The notes: a model not told the origin generated them from the letters alone. A stretch of DNA of 64,000 nt from Azolla caroliniana (GCA_043228905.1 JBHGNT010000015.1:8680001-8744000); one strand, 5' to 3'. Shown: positions 22,498-36,195, counted from the first letter of the stretch. Numbers and translations: made by a program.

Positions 22498-22936
22498 TGT
22501 TACCAATTAGGAACACGGTCTGTAATCAGTCCTTCAACCTAGACCTGCAAGTGATTGTGAAACAACGAATGGTGGCATCTATGCATAATACGTAGGGGAA
22601 TGTTCCCCGTAACCTAGCAACGCATAAGGGAGACGGCTACAACCGACTCCTTAGCAGTGGTTACACTCATGTTCTTACACTCTCAGAGGTTCCAGACACA
22701 CAATAGATTAGTCGTAGCTATACACAGGTTTTCCGAGAAGATAGAATTATATTACGATACGCTTCTTTACATTCCAAAAATACACGTTCCCTTTATCAGA
22801 GGTTTTCTGCCCTTTATATACGAAGGGTCTATTTAGCCGTTCACGCTTCCTACGTGAACCGTTACATGCGTTATGATCTTATATTATTTCTTATTCCTAC
22901 GCTCTTGTCCGTCGGTTACTATTTCGGCAGACAACA
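22498..22936 (-). repeat. Gypsy B 5' LTR (439 bp)
   Basis: TGTTACCAATTAGG...CAGACAACA followed by TSD ACGAT. Confidence 0.93.
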
Positions 22937-22941
22937 ACGAT

Positions 22942-24637
22942 GAGTCGACTCACTCACTCGACAGTGAGTTCGGCGGCTTAGATGTACCAATCAGAGCTAA
23001 GAAAGCCCTCATCTCTACAAATGAAAAGCTCCGTCGCTCCACCCGTGAAAAGAATCCGGTCAGCTGATTCGGCTACAACGACTACATGGCATATCACTAT
23101 GCCTTTATGATGAAGTTGGCGACCGTACGCGAGCCGGAAACATTTTCCGAAGCAGCCAAGGATCCGCGATGGATCGAAGCCATGAACGAGGAGATGCAGG
23201 CACTACGCAAGAACGAGACGTGGGATCTCGTTCCCACCTCACCACACAAAAAGGCGATCGAATGCAGATGGATTTACAAAGTGAAGTACAACGCCGATGG
23301 TTCTGTCAACCGCTACAAAGCGCGACTCGTAGCGAAAGGCTACGCCCAAACGCACGGAGTTGACTATGAAGAGACCTTTGCCCCGGTGGCAAAGATGACA
23401 ACGGTACGGACCGTGATTGCGCTTGCCGCGGCGAAAGGGTGGCACCTCCATCAAATGGACATCAAGAACGCCTTTCTCCAAGGCGAATTGGAAGAGGAGG
23501 TGTACAACCACCCGGCTTCAACTCAAGCACCCATCCGAAAGTTGTATGCCGATTCAAGAAGCCACTCTACGGCCTCAAGCAAGCACCGCGTGCTTGGCAT
23601 TCGAAGATAACGCAATATCTTCATCAAATCGGCTTCCGTATGTCAAAATCGGACAACTCCCTCTACATACAAAGCGATTCCGCAAGTCCGATCGTCATCA
23701 TCTTATATGTGGATGACCTAGTCATTGGAGGTGAGCATCTCGTCGAAATCAATAAGGTCAAATCCCTCCTTTCAGACAAGTTCGAGATGACGGACATGAA
23801 GGAACTCCACTACTTCCTCAGCATCGAGGTAATTTGGACTTCGGCCGGAATCATGATTTCTCAATGGCACTACATCTGCAACTTGTTATACAAGTTCGGT
23901 ATGGCTAAGTGCAAATCCGTGGCAACCCCGCTCGATCGTAATCTCAAACTAGATGCGAATTCCAGCACCAAAGCGTGTGAGACGACTCAATATTGGCAAC
24001 TCATCGGGAGTCTCATCTACCTCACGATCACTCGACCCGATCTCAATTATCCGGTCGATCTCTTTAGTCAATTCATGCAAACACTGCGTGATACTCACTT
24101 GGATTGCGCTAAGTGAGTTCTACGGTACGTGAGCGCCACAATGGATTGCGGCATCCTCTACAAGACCGCGATGCGAATATGCCTCGAGGGGTACACAGAT
24201 GTCGATTGGGCCGGCTACAAAGCCGATAGAAGATCAACCTTCAGATTTGTTTTCTCCCTCGGCAGCGGAGCAATATCCTGTAGTAGAAAGAAGCAGCCTA
24301 CCGTCGCTCTTTCAACTACGGAGGCGGAATACAGGGGCGCAGCCGTAGCTGCGTGTTAAGCCGTATGGCTCAAGAGGATTTTGAAGGATTTGGGCGTATC
24401 CATCAAGGATCTGACTTCCCTTTACTGCGACAACATGAGCAATATCTATCTGGCTCGGAACCCGGTGTTCCAAGCGCGGACAAAGCACATCGAAGTGCAA
24501 TATCACTCCATCTGAGAGCGTGTTCTAGCTGGCGATGTCAACCTACAACACATTAGCACAAATCTTCAAACGGCCGACATCTTCACTAAAGCCTTAGGAG
24601 CCGACAAGCTATGGCAATTCATGACCGATCTCGGATT
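22942..24637 (+). pseudogene. Copia A reverse transcriptase and RNase H
   Basis: [47 protein letters not shown]. Continues after Copia D at ~28852. Confidence 0.92.
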
Positions 24638-24957
24638 TGTAAGGAAACATGTCCCTCCGGATGGGAAGTGAGAAGAACAGTGTCGGCCTTAGCCGAAACC
24701 GGATGTGGAATACCCGGCTACGGAAGACCCGGTGAGAACCGGATGACGAGTACCTAGCAAGAGCCGGATGGTGAAGGCCCGGTGAGAAGTGCTCACCAGA
24801 TGAAGGGACATATTCGTAAATATGTTTTCTAAGAGTCCATCGGGGCTATATTTGTAAATAGCCGAAAAGTCATATTAGTATAAATATGACTTAGGGCAAA
24901 CTTAGTGTTGTAGCAGTTGTTATTCTTGTTGGTGCAAGATTTGAGTGCGTAACTGTG

Positions 24958-25001
<44 letters not shown>

Positions 25002-28000
25002 GAGGTTGTTGCCTCTGTTGTAACCACCGCTTGTGGCGAAGATAGCAAGCTCGGGGTCGTTGCCTCGGTGCTTTACTATTGTACATTGTGATATAGTGAT
25101 AGTTTGCAGTCTGTGGGCTGCCGTGGTTTTTCCCTAGTTTAGGTTTTCCACGTTAACATCCTGTGTACTCTTCTCTTTACTGTGTTGTGCGTTCATTACC
25201 CGTTTTCTGTGTTTGATTCTAGCCTTGGTAGTGGCGAAGAGTTGTTCATCGGGAGCGTGTATTCCTGTCAAAGTGGTATCAGAGCAAAATGACACAGAAA
25301 AATGGACGATTCGTTGGGAGGCATGTTCAAGCTCACCGACTCCAACTATTTGGTGTGGAAGTCGAAGATGAGGGACATGCTCGTGGTTAAAGATCTTTGG
25401 TTCCCGATTGAGTTCGGGAACAAAAGACCAGACAAAATCGACGTCACGATATGGGAGGTGATGCACATGAAGACAACGGTGTAAATACGGTTCTTCATCG
25501 ACATGAGTCTATACAACAACTTCAATGAAGAGAGCAAGGCTCATGAGCTCTGGGAGAAGATCGGCATTATGTTTCAAAACAAAAATGTTGTTAATCAGGT
25601 TTCAGTATTTCGGAAGCTAGTAAGACTCCGGTACCAAGATGGCTCCAGCATGGCGGAGCACATGAATGGCTTCCAGGGGCTGATCCACCAGGCAACATCA
25701 TTGGAAGTACCTCTCGCCGATGAGGTACTAGTGCTACTCCTGCTCGGTTCCCTCCCAGATAGCTGGGAGACGTTGGTTGTCACCTTGGGCAACGCCGGGC
25801 CGGAAGGAAAACGGTTATCCCTAGCAAGAGTGAAGTCGAGCTTGCTACATGAGGAGGCGCATCGGAGAGGATCCGGAGTATGTTGGCGCATGCAAAATTA
25901 CCCAAGACGTTTTGGCCTGAGGCGTTGTCGACAACGACGTATGTGATAAATAGATCACCCTCAGTGCCCTTGGATGGAGACACACCGCAGAAGGTGTGGA
26001 TCGGTAACGAAGTGTCCTACCGGCATCTGAAGGTGTTCGGGTGTCTCGTGTACGTGCATGTTGCTAAGGACCGGAGAGGAAAATTGGATCCAAAGACCCG
26101 GCCATGCATATTCCTCGGATACGACGATGATGAGTTCGGCTACCGAGTGTGGGATCCGGTTGACAAGAAGGCTTTCCGGAGTCAAGATATTATCTTCATG
26201 GAGGACAAGACCCTTTCCGACTGGGAGTCGGAGAAGAAGATAATGAACTCCGATGAGATTCGGACACACCCGGCTAAGAGCCGGTTGACACTGGAGGAAT
26301 CAGCCGGTTCTGGTGAGAATACCGAACCGACAGAAGAAGAAGTAGATGAAGCTGAAATAGGAACCGGCCAAGACCTTGAATCGGATTCGGATGAAGAACA
26401 AATAGTGGAGCCGGTTGCCAAAGGCCAAAGACGGAGATATCGTCTTAGAGAGAGAAGGGCCCCCCGGAGATTTCCAGATGCGGAGCATGTGCTGTTGACC
26501 GATGAGGGAGAGCCGGAAAGCTTCGAAGAAGCGAAGGATGACACCCACAGCTGCAAATGGTTAAGTGCCATGCAGGATGAGATGGATTCCCTGCATGAGA
26601 ACCATATGTACGAATTGGTGGAGTTGCCGAAAGGAAAGCGGGCACTCCGAAATAAGTGGGTGTACAAGTTGAAACCGAGAGATGCCTGCAACCCCCCGAG
26701 AGATACAAACCTAGGATCGTGGTGAAGGGGTTCCAGCAGAAGAAGGCCGTGGACTTCGACGAGATATTTGCCCACGTAGTAAAGATGACCTCCATCCAAA
26801 CGATGTTGACTATAGCGGCAAGCATGGACCTCGAGGTAGAGCAGCTAGACGTGAAGACGGCATTCCTTCACGGTGACCTCGAAGAGGAGATCTACATGCA
26901 GCAACCCGAAGGATTCGTGGAGAAAGGGAAGGAGCACCTGGTTTGCCGGTTGAAGAAGAGCGTGTACGGACTGAAGCAGGCTCCCCGACAATGGTACCGG
27001 AAGTTCGACTCCTTCATGACCAATCAAGAGTACCACAAGACGCAGGCTGATCATTGCATGTTTGTGAAGAAGTTCAAAGGAGGTGACTTCCTAATACTCC
27101 TTCTGTACGTGGACGACATGTTGATCGTCGGACGGGACCAAGCCAGAATACGGATGCTAAAGAAGGCTCTCAACCGAACTTTCGCAATGAAAGACTTGGG
27201 TCCGGCAAGACAGATGTTGGGGATGCATATCATCCGGAACCGGCCAACGAAGCAATTGTGGTTGTCACAGGAGAAATACGTGACAAAGATGCTTCAGCAG
27301 TTCAACATGTTAGAAGCAAAACCGGTCAAATCGACACTCCCGGCAAACTGTAGATTATCCGGTAAGCAAAGCCTGAAGACGAAAGCAGAGAAGACTGATA
27401 TGATGAAGGTTCCATATGCCTCTGCCATCGGGAGCTTAATGTACGCAATGGTGTGTACCCGACCGGATATAGGATACGCAGTCGGAGTGGTGAGCCAGTT
27501 TATGAGCAATCCCGGCAAGGAGTACTGGAACGCGGTCAAATGGATACTCCGGTACTTGAAGGGCACTTCGAATATGTGTCTCCGATTCGGCTCCGGTAAA
27601 CCTCAACTTGACGATTTCACCGATTCGGACATGTTGGCTGATGTGGATACCAGCCGATCTACATCCGGGTATGTAATGACATATGCAGGGGGAGCTGTTT
27701 CGTGGTAGTCGAGGTTGCAGAAGACGGTTGCGTTGTCCACCACGGAGGCGGAGTACATGGCGGCTGTGGAAGCTGGCAAGAAAATATTATGGATGAAGGA
27801 CTTCATCGGAGAGCTCGGTATCCGGCAAGATGAATACCGGCTCTATTGCGACAATCAAAGTGTCATCCACCTTGCTAAGAACGCAGCGTACCATTCCAGG
27901 ACGAAGCACATCCAGCGTAGGTATCACTGGATCCGGGAGCGAGTAGAAGATCGAGTGTTCGCCCTGACGAAGATCCACACGGCTGAGAACGGGTCAGATA

Positions 28001-28430
28001 TGCTGACCAAAGTACTGATACTTCACAAACTGGATGCATGTCGGAAGCGGATCGGACTAGTAAGACATCCCATGCCGGAGTGAAGGGGGAGTTTGTTAGG
28101 AAACAGGTCCCTCCGGATGGGAAGTGAGAAGAACAGTGTTGATGAGCAAACTCGGCCAAGGCCGATAGGCCTCGGCCGAAACCGGATGTGGAGTACCCGG
28201 CTACGGAAGACCCGGTAAGAACCGGATGACGAGTACCCGGCAACGGAAAACCCGGTGAGAACTGCTCACCGGATGAAGGGACATATTCATAAATATGTTT
28301 TCTAAGATTCCATCGGGGCTATATTTGTAAATAGCCGAAAAGTCATATTAGTATAAATATGACTTAGGGCAAACATAGTGTTGTAGCAGTTGTTATTCTT
28401 GTTGGTGCAAAATTTGAGTGCGTAACTGTG

Positions 28431-28464
<34 letters not shown>

Positions 28465-28733
28465 GAGGTCGTTGCCTTTGTTGTAACCGCTGCCTGTGGC
28501 GAAGATAACAAGCTCGAGGTCGTTGCCTCGGTGCTTTACTATTGTACATTATGATATAGTGATAGTTTGCAGTCTGTGGGCTACCGTGGTTTTTCCCTAG
28601 TTTGGGTTTTCCACGTTAACATCCTGTGTACTCTTCTCTTTACTGTGTTGTGCGTTCATTACCCGTTTTCTGTGTTTGATTCTAGCCTCAGTTGTGGCCG
28701 AGCGTTGTTCATCGGGAGCGTGTATTCCTGTCA
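24638..28733 (+). mobile_element. Internally deleted Ty1/copia element D (Tnt1/Tork-like)
   Basis: LTRs 24638-25270 and 28094-28733 with (AG)n; PBS TGGTATCAGAGC (tRNA-iMet) 25274-25285; PPT GAAGGGGGAG. gag joins mid-integrase at ~25866. RT LYVDDML and RH STTEAEY present. Confidence 0.93.
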
Positions 28734-29168
28734 ACACATTAGCTGGCGATGTCGACCTACAACACATTAGCACAAATCTTCAAACGGTCGACATCTTCAC
28801 TAAAGCCTTAGGAGCCAACAAGCTATGGCAATTCATGACCGATCTCGGATTGACGATCCCTGACCTGCCAAGCTTGAGGGGGAGTACTGAAGACATTACA
28901 CAATAATGCGTGGATTCCGCAAGCCGCACACACTATGCAAGAACAACCACGCAACGAAGCCGCGAAGAGCCGATCTACCACGCAAAGCCGCGAAGAAAGA
29001 CGCAAGCCAAAGCACAGACTTCGCAACTATGCACAACGCAAGCTGGAGCACGGATTCCGCATCTCCGCATAAAGCGAGTCGACACCAGTCAACGCGGACT
29101 CTGGAACGTGAGTCGAAGCAGATTTCAGATACCGTCTGAAACTGACCCGACTTGAGCTTGAGGGGGCG

Positions 29169-29567
29169 TGTTGAGAATCAAGCTCAACTTGGTCTAGTGT
29201 GTGAACTCACCTTGAGAGTGAATAGACACTCCAACGGTCAAAAGTCACCATTAAGTTACCTCTTTGTATTCTAGCATTTAGTATGAGTCATAGAATCATA
29301 TTCTATGACACATAACTTATGAGCTTTCACATTCCCCATGCTCCATGAACCTTGTAGTTAATGAAGAGAGAGGGTGACTATATAAAGCACCCTCCTCCCA
29401 CCTTGTATTTAGTTGAGTCTTTCTCCTTTGTTAATATATTTTTACCTTGCGTATTCTCTGTGTATTATTCCTTGTCTCTCTCACTCACTCACTCTCTCTC
29501 TCTCTCTCATACACACACATAGTTCACACCTATTCCGCTACACAAGAATCACCATTGATTCTTTACA
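29169..29567 (+). repeat. Copia A 3' LTR
   Basis: Follows the PPT. TGTTGAGAATC...CTTTACA with TATATAAA at ~29379. Confidence 0.85.
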
Positions 29568-32500
29568 CACACCTTGGGTGCTTCATTGAGGAAGAAGGCC
29601 GTGTTATTGCGCAAGGGCACAGAGATGGGAGGATGTTCATTCTCGACTCCACTGACGGTGGCACCGCAATGTTCGCAAAGGGAAAAAAAGTCGAGTCGGA
29701 CATCGACTTATGGCACAAGCGGATAGGCCACGTCAACTACCAGCGGCTTCAAGACCTGCAATCGAAACAAGTGGTGTTCGGATTGCCCAAATTTAGTGGC
29801 CGGAAGGCACAAATTTGTGAAGCCTGCCAGCTTGGGAAGCAACACTGACTTCCTTTCCCCAACGAGCGTAACCGAAGCCGGAACAAGCTCGACTTGATAC
29901 ACTCCGATGTGTGGGGGCCGGCACAAAACGTTAGTCTTGGCAAGAGCCAATACTTCGTCTCCCTTATCGACGATTACACGCGGCACACGTGGATCTACCT
30001 CATTGAGAGGAAGAAAGGCTCGACTGTTTTCGGGACCTCAAAGGGTTCGTGGAAATGGAAACAGGAAGAAAGATCAAGTGCCTGCGGTCGGATGGCGGAA
30101 AACAATACTTTTCCGGTCAATTCAATGGTTATCTACAACAGATGGGAATTCGGCGTGAATTCAGTTGTAGATACATGCCTGAGTAAAACGGCATGGCCGA
30201 GAGGAAAAATCGGTCGGTTGTGGAAGCGGCACAGGCAATGCTGGAGGAGAACAGCTTGCCCAAGTTCTACTAGGCCGAGGCAGTAAGGACCGCGGTATAC
30301 ATCCAGAATCGGATCGGAGACAAAGTGTCAACGCACGAGCTATATTTCGGAACGAAGTCGAACTTGCGACACTTACGAGTTTTCGGTAGCATTGCGTATG
30401 TGCATGTGCCGAAGGAGAAACGGAGGAAGCTGAATGCAAAGGCCGAGAAATGTATCTTGGTCGGTTACTCGGACGAGCAGAAGGGTTATAAGTGTTATAA
30501 CCTACGCACCAAACAAGCGCGTGTGAGCCGAACGTTGTGTTTGATGAGTCCGCATCCTAGTACTTGCCTCCGACTCCGGATCTCAACTCCAATTCGAGCT
30601 TTGACGATGAGGTCAGCGAGACTGAGATGCCTCCGGATGAGCATGAAATAGGGACCCGCGAAGAGAGTCCGATTTTGTTTCGGTTAAGTGGACCGAATGG
30701 ACGACTGAGTCAGTTCGACCAGTCCGATGAAGAGCCGGCAAGTAGTGGAGACTCGGCCATGCATTCCCCGCGCAGGAAGCCGAGGAGATGGCTTACGCGC
30801 AAAGAGAAAGGGAAGAAGAAGGTGTCGGATTCCGGCACGGATAGGAACGCGTCAGACCGACGCGAGTCCGACTCTGAAGGAAGCGGTGATGGGTCTTCAA
30901 GAGGGGAGTCCGCGTTGGTTGAGAAGACCTCAACATCGGTTAATGACCGATTACGCCGATCTACCCATCAGAAGAACCCAGTTGTGCGGTTCGGATACAA
31001 CGAGTACATGGCGCATCATTATGCGTACATGACCCGTGTAGCTGAAGTGCGTGAGCCAGAGAGCTACGCAGAAGCGGCTCAGGACGCGAATTGGTGCGCC
31101 GCGATGGAGGAAGAGATGCACGCATTGGCGGAAAATGAGACCTAGGACCTGGTTGACGCACTGAAGGGTGTGAAGCCGATCGGGTGTAGGTGGGTGTAAA
31201 AGGTCAAGTACAACACCGACGGCTCGGTCAACCGATACAAGGCCCGGTTAGTGGCAAAAGGCTACGTGCAGAAACACGGCATCGATTACGATGAGACGTT
31301 TGCGCCGCTCGCGAAGATGACGACCTTTCGTGTTTTGCTCACGGTAGCTGCGGCAAAGGGGTGGCATTTACATCAGATGGATGTAAAGAATGCATTCCTA
31401 CAAGGTAATCTTGAGGAACAAGTGTACATGGTACAGCCCCCCGGATTTCACTCTAGAACGAACACATCGGCAGTGTGCCGATTGAAGAAGTCCCTTTACG
31501 GACTGAAGAGAGCCCCGCATGCCTAGAACGCGAAGATCACGCAACAACTGCGTCGGATGGGCTTTGCAACGTCGAAATCGGACTCTTCCTTGTTCATCCA
31601 GAAAGGTTGACTCGGTCGGTCAGTATTTTACTATATGTTGATGACTTGGTCATCACCTGCGCCGACCTAGGTGAAATCGACCACGTGAAGCTCTAGCTTG
31701 CGGCATCGTTCGACATGAAGGATCTGGGGGATCTTCATTACTTCCTCGGGATCGAAGTGATTCGTACCCCCGAAGGCATATTGATTAGCCAACGCCATTA
31801 TGTGCTGAGTATGCTCTTTAAATTCGGGATGGCCGACTGTAAGTCCGTCTCGACTCCTCGGGATAGAACCGTCAAGCTTCACCCCAATTCCAGAAAGGTA
31901 TGCGACCCGACAAGGTTCCGACAAGTTGTCAAAAGCCTTATCTACTTGACAATCACCCGACCCGATCTCAGTTATCCGGTCGGGGTGATCAATTAGTTCA
32001 TGGCGCGACCGACTGAGGAACACCTTCAGTGCGCATAATGCGTACTCCGGTACGTTAGTGGCACTAAGGACCGGGGGCTACTATATCGATCTGATACAAC
32101 CCCGCAGTTGGTCGGCTACACTGATGCCGACTGGGCTGGCAACGCCGCCAATCGCCGATCCACGTCCAGATACGCGTTCTCTCTTGGGAGTGTCGCGATA
32201 GCGTGGAGCAATAAGAAGCAGTCGACAGTTGCACTGTCGAGCACCGAAGCCGAGTATAGAGGAGCGGTTATCGCGACATGCGAAGCCATATGGTTGAAGC
32301 AGCTACTTAGGGACCTGCAAGAGGAGGTGTCTGATCCGACGCCAATCTACTGCGACAACCTCAGCAGCATCCAGCTCGCGAAGAATCCCGTTTTCCACGC
32401 ACGGACCAAGCACATTGAGCATGTTCGTGAGCATGTCCTTTCTGGTGAAGTCGAACTTCAGTATGTTCCGACGGATCGGCAGCACGCCGATATTTTCACC

Positions 32501-33535
32501 AAGCCTCTTGGTCTGGACAAGTTGCGGCAATTCTTGGGTTGCGTCACCTCGACGTGCCGAACTTGAGGGGGAGAGACGTCCCGGATGACCACGGAAGGGA
32601 GCATGAAAGGAGCGGAAAAGACCGTGACGCCGAGTCGGATGACGAATTTGACTTCGGATCGGCTGAAGAAGCCGAGGACGGATCCGTGGAAGAGTCTGGA
32701 AGCGGACATAAGGGGAACAGCCGAAAGAAAGAGCCGAAGCCAACCAAGCATGGGGGAGATGACGTCGTCAAGGGCGAGAAGACCGAAGATGAGTTGGAGA
32801 CAACCAACTCGGACGAGAGCGAAAACCGATCGGAGGTAGCCGAGTCGATTCAGATGTTTGATTCAGATACGCTGAATCAACCAAGGGCCAAGTGGAAAAG
32901 AAGGCAGCAAGAGAAGCGCCAACACCGCGACAGCAAGGGAGCTGTGAAGGGCCATGGGAGCAAACAAGCCGACCAGAAGGGTCGAAGCGCGCGGAGTCGA
33001 ACAGGTCGAGGAGCGCGAACGAGGCGTGGAGCCAGGGGGAACCGGAGCGGTGATCCGGAAGAGCCTCAAGTTGAGCTTGAGGGGGAGTGTTGAGAGACAA
33101 GCTCAACATCGGCCGGATCGACTGAGCAAGCCGAGGACCGGATCGGTTGGGACCGATTGGTTAGGCCGGACTAGTGCGTAAAATGGATGCGTAAACTGGT
33201 ACGCAAACCAATGCGTAACGAAAGGCATATTGGTGCGTAAACCGAAAGGCCGTTAGAGAGATATTCCTCTTAAAGGAATAATTGTGGGAGTGAGTGTCGA
33301 GGCTCACTTATGAGCAGTCAAGTACTATCAATACTTGTGTCAGCCCGATTGTCAGGGCTTGTATAAAAGTGCTCACTGAGCACATCCTATGTACAGAGTT
33401 AGTATTTTTTGAATTGATTTCTTTTTGTGTTCTCTCTCTGTCTCTCCCGTGTATTGTGTATATTCAAGCTCTCCATTAAACCTGCGTTTTTTCTCTGTGT
33501 TTGTTTTCTATTGCTTTCGCACATAATCTTTCACA
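29568..33535 (+). mobile_element. 3' part of Ty1/copia element E (host of Copia A): pre-INT, INT, RT, RH, 3' LTR 33088-33535
   Basis: [61 protein letters not shown] precedes TGTTGAG...TTTCACA. Confidence 0.9.
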
Positions 33536-34455
33536 GAGGAGAACCATTTCGTATGGGTCGTCATGTGGTTCGACGCTCCAGAATCCATGTAGAGGTGCGG
33601 ACTTTCCTTGCCGATTTCCGGCGCCGTCTTGACTCCCCCTGCTCATGGAGGGCCCGGATCTACTATCATCACCACCTTTGTGCCTTCTTTCTTGGTCTTG
33701 TCGGTTGCCTCCATTGTGTGTTGACCCGCCTCGTCCACCACGACCACGGTGCCGATTCGCCTCCGTGTGCAACATCTTGTTGTCGACGTGCAAAGCAGTA
33801 AAGAACTCTGCTTGTTGCATGTTCCCAAGCAGGGAAATCTCTGTGTGTTGAATCTGGTACTACATCATTGGCTCCTTTGACATAGCTCCAGTACCATGTC
33901 CAAGCAAGTATTGGTGCATCTTGTATGACCAAGATGCATAGTGGCTTCTATCGAGCTTCTCCATTAGAAGCGATCTACCCATACCTCTACCCATGTTCCT
34001 GTCTCTTCTTCTCCAAAAGATGAAAAACTTGTCTTTGTCTTGTTTGCTTTGTTAGTAACAAAGGATTCTTCTAACCCTCACGCTCTAATACCATGTAAAA
34101 GATTACATGCAAAAGCTTATGCGATACACACTGAAAACACAATCGATTATCCGGAAATACGACAGTTAGGTATATGTAGAGATGAGAGAGTGACAAAGAT
34201 GGAGGAGACAACAAAAAAAAATTGATTCAAAATAATCAACACTCTCTACATAAAATGTGCTCAGTGAGCACTCTTTATACAAGACCTAAAAGGACTAATA
34301 GAAGTACTGACAATTACTTAAATGCTCATTAATTGAGCCTAACACTAACAACCTATAATATTCCTATTTACTAAAATAGGAATATAGGCCCCTAACGGCC
34401 TGTCGGATTCCATCCGATCCGACTCTAGGTTTCACGTGCATGTGTCACTCCAACG
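33536..34455 (-). mobile_element. Degraded Copia 5' end (LTR ~34094-34455, tRNA-Met PBS, gag/protease remnant)
   Basis: GCTCTAATACCA (reverse complement of a Met PBS) at 34082-34093 abuts TGTAAAAG. The LTR resembles the reverse complement of 61110-61471. RG-rich gag-like text at 33476-33820. Confidence 0.65.
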
Positions 34456-36195
34456 GGACCGTAGGGGCCTTGTACTGGGGAGTTAGAAGGGATGAGGAAG
34501 TTGGAGATTCGCGCTCACAAAATAATAGGCCCCTCGTTGAGTATGAGGCTCGTCAAGCTTAGGAGCTCGTCGACAAAGTTAGGGTTTCGGACACGATCAA
34601 CATGATGACCCGTGTGAAGTTTAACACTTAGTTAAGGGATTAAACATGATATTAAGACAAAATCATGGGGAAAATATACATAAGCTATGATACACAAATA
34701 GAGTTTAAACAACGGTTATGCTTAATAACATGATTTCGGTGGTTTTTTTACATAGAATTGGTTTCATGTTTATTCACAAACGACTATGAATCAACACAAA
34801 AGGGGCTAAAAGCAATTTGGTGAAGGTGAGTCTAGTGGGCTCCGAGCACAACTACCCCTAATGGCTACGTTGCCTCGATTTGGAGTAGCTCTCCTACCAC
34901 TACAACCTCCCTTCCTCAACTGGTCATCAAGTTAGCCCATCCCTATCTAGAAACCATCGTCCCACGTAACACCCTAACTCTTGAGTAAGAAGAAGAATAG
35001 AAGCAAAACTCACAAACCCTAAAACCCTAAGTCCTCTAGTATGTTGAGGAGAAAAGTAGAAAGAAGAAGCTCAAGAAGAAGAAGAAGAAGGAGAAAGAGA
35101 AACCCTAGTGGTACACCCCTAAGACAAAATGTGCGACAGGCCCTCTTCATCCCTTCTTATAGAGGAAAAAGAGACGCCTATTTTAGCATTGAATGCCTTT
35201 TTTTTATTCCTTTGGCTTAAAAATAGAAAAAGGGGATAAAATACTCCTTAATACATGTTGATAGAGACTCAAACTCTACACCCATCTATACACACTTAAT
35301 GGCCCTAACCACTAAGCCATTATCTATTTTATTTCATATATACATGACTTTGTAAATGTGCGTGGAACCTCATTTTTTCTCGTTTTCTCACACTTCACAT
35401 GCCACATCACGACTACACACACAATATATAACCTTCTCATATATTCGGGAAATTGCAAGCATAAATTCACTTGGCACCTCGAGTTTGGCCATTTGCCTCC
35501 AAAGATGCTTATGAGGCATCATATCAAAAGCTTTCTTAAAGTCTACAAAGCAACAATATAAACCATTACCTCTAAGGCGACTTTACTCCATTACTACTCG
35601 AAGGGTGATAAGGTGATCAATGGTGCTATGATGTTTTTGAAAGCCAGGTTGTCGTCCATAAGCTCTCTTACCATTTTTTTAATGCCCATGCACTTAACTT
35701 TGACTCCATTATACATCCAAATAATTTTGCCATTAGCATGCCAACCATGATGGTTTTATAGTTGTTTACATTATTTACATCTCCACTTGTATGTAAAGGT
35801 TTGATCTAGTGTGTAGTCCAATCATATGACATACCATGTTGCAATGCATGAATAAACATATGACTTATCCATGCATGCATGCATGCATGTGTGTGTGTGT
35901 GTGAGAGAGAGAGAATCATAAGTAGGAACGCTCATTGTTGGGGAAGAGAGGAATGTCCTGATAATGGGATCTAGTGTAAGTGAAGTCTCATTTGTTGAGA
36001 GATAGAAAGGATAAGGCATTACATTGCATATGTACTCGACAAACAACATGTTCTTGTAAATTTTCGTCCAAAGGAACATGGTAGGTTCTACATGAAGAGA
36101 GACAAGGATACATGATAGGTAGATTATATATTAGGATTTAAGAGACACTAGAGTTATAAAATGAATTAACATGTGGTAGAAGGGGATTTTTTTTT

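Larger units (their letters stand above)
3458..22936 (-). mobile_element. Full-length non-chromoviral Ty3/gypsy element B with extra 3' ORF, interrupted by Gypsy C
   Basis: Direct 439-bp LTRs at 3458-3896 and 22498-22936, TSD ACGAT (3453-3457 / 22937-22941). gag-PR-RT-RH-INT on the minus strand, with no archaeal RNase H or chromodomain seen. Confidence 0.93.
1274..29567 (+). mobile_element. Ty1/copia element A (5' end outside window), interrupted by Gypsy B/C and Copia D
   Basis: PR-INT at 1276-3457 rejoins RT-RH at 22942 across TSD ACGAT. PPT GAGGGGGCG precedes the 3' LTR at 29169-29567. Confidence 0.88.

Noticed and set aside
35014-35030. AAACCCTAA telomere-like motifs
   Set aside because: Isolated telo-box copies in degraded LTR-like sequence, not an array.
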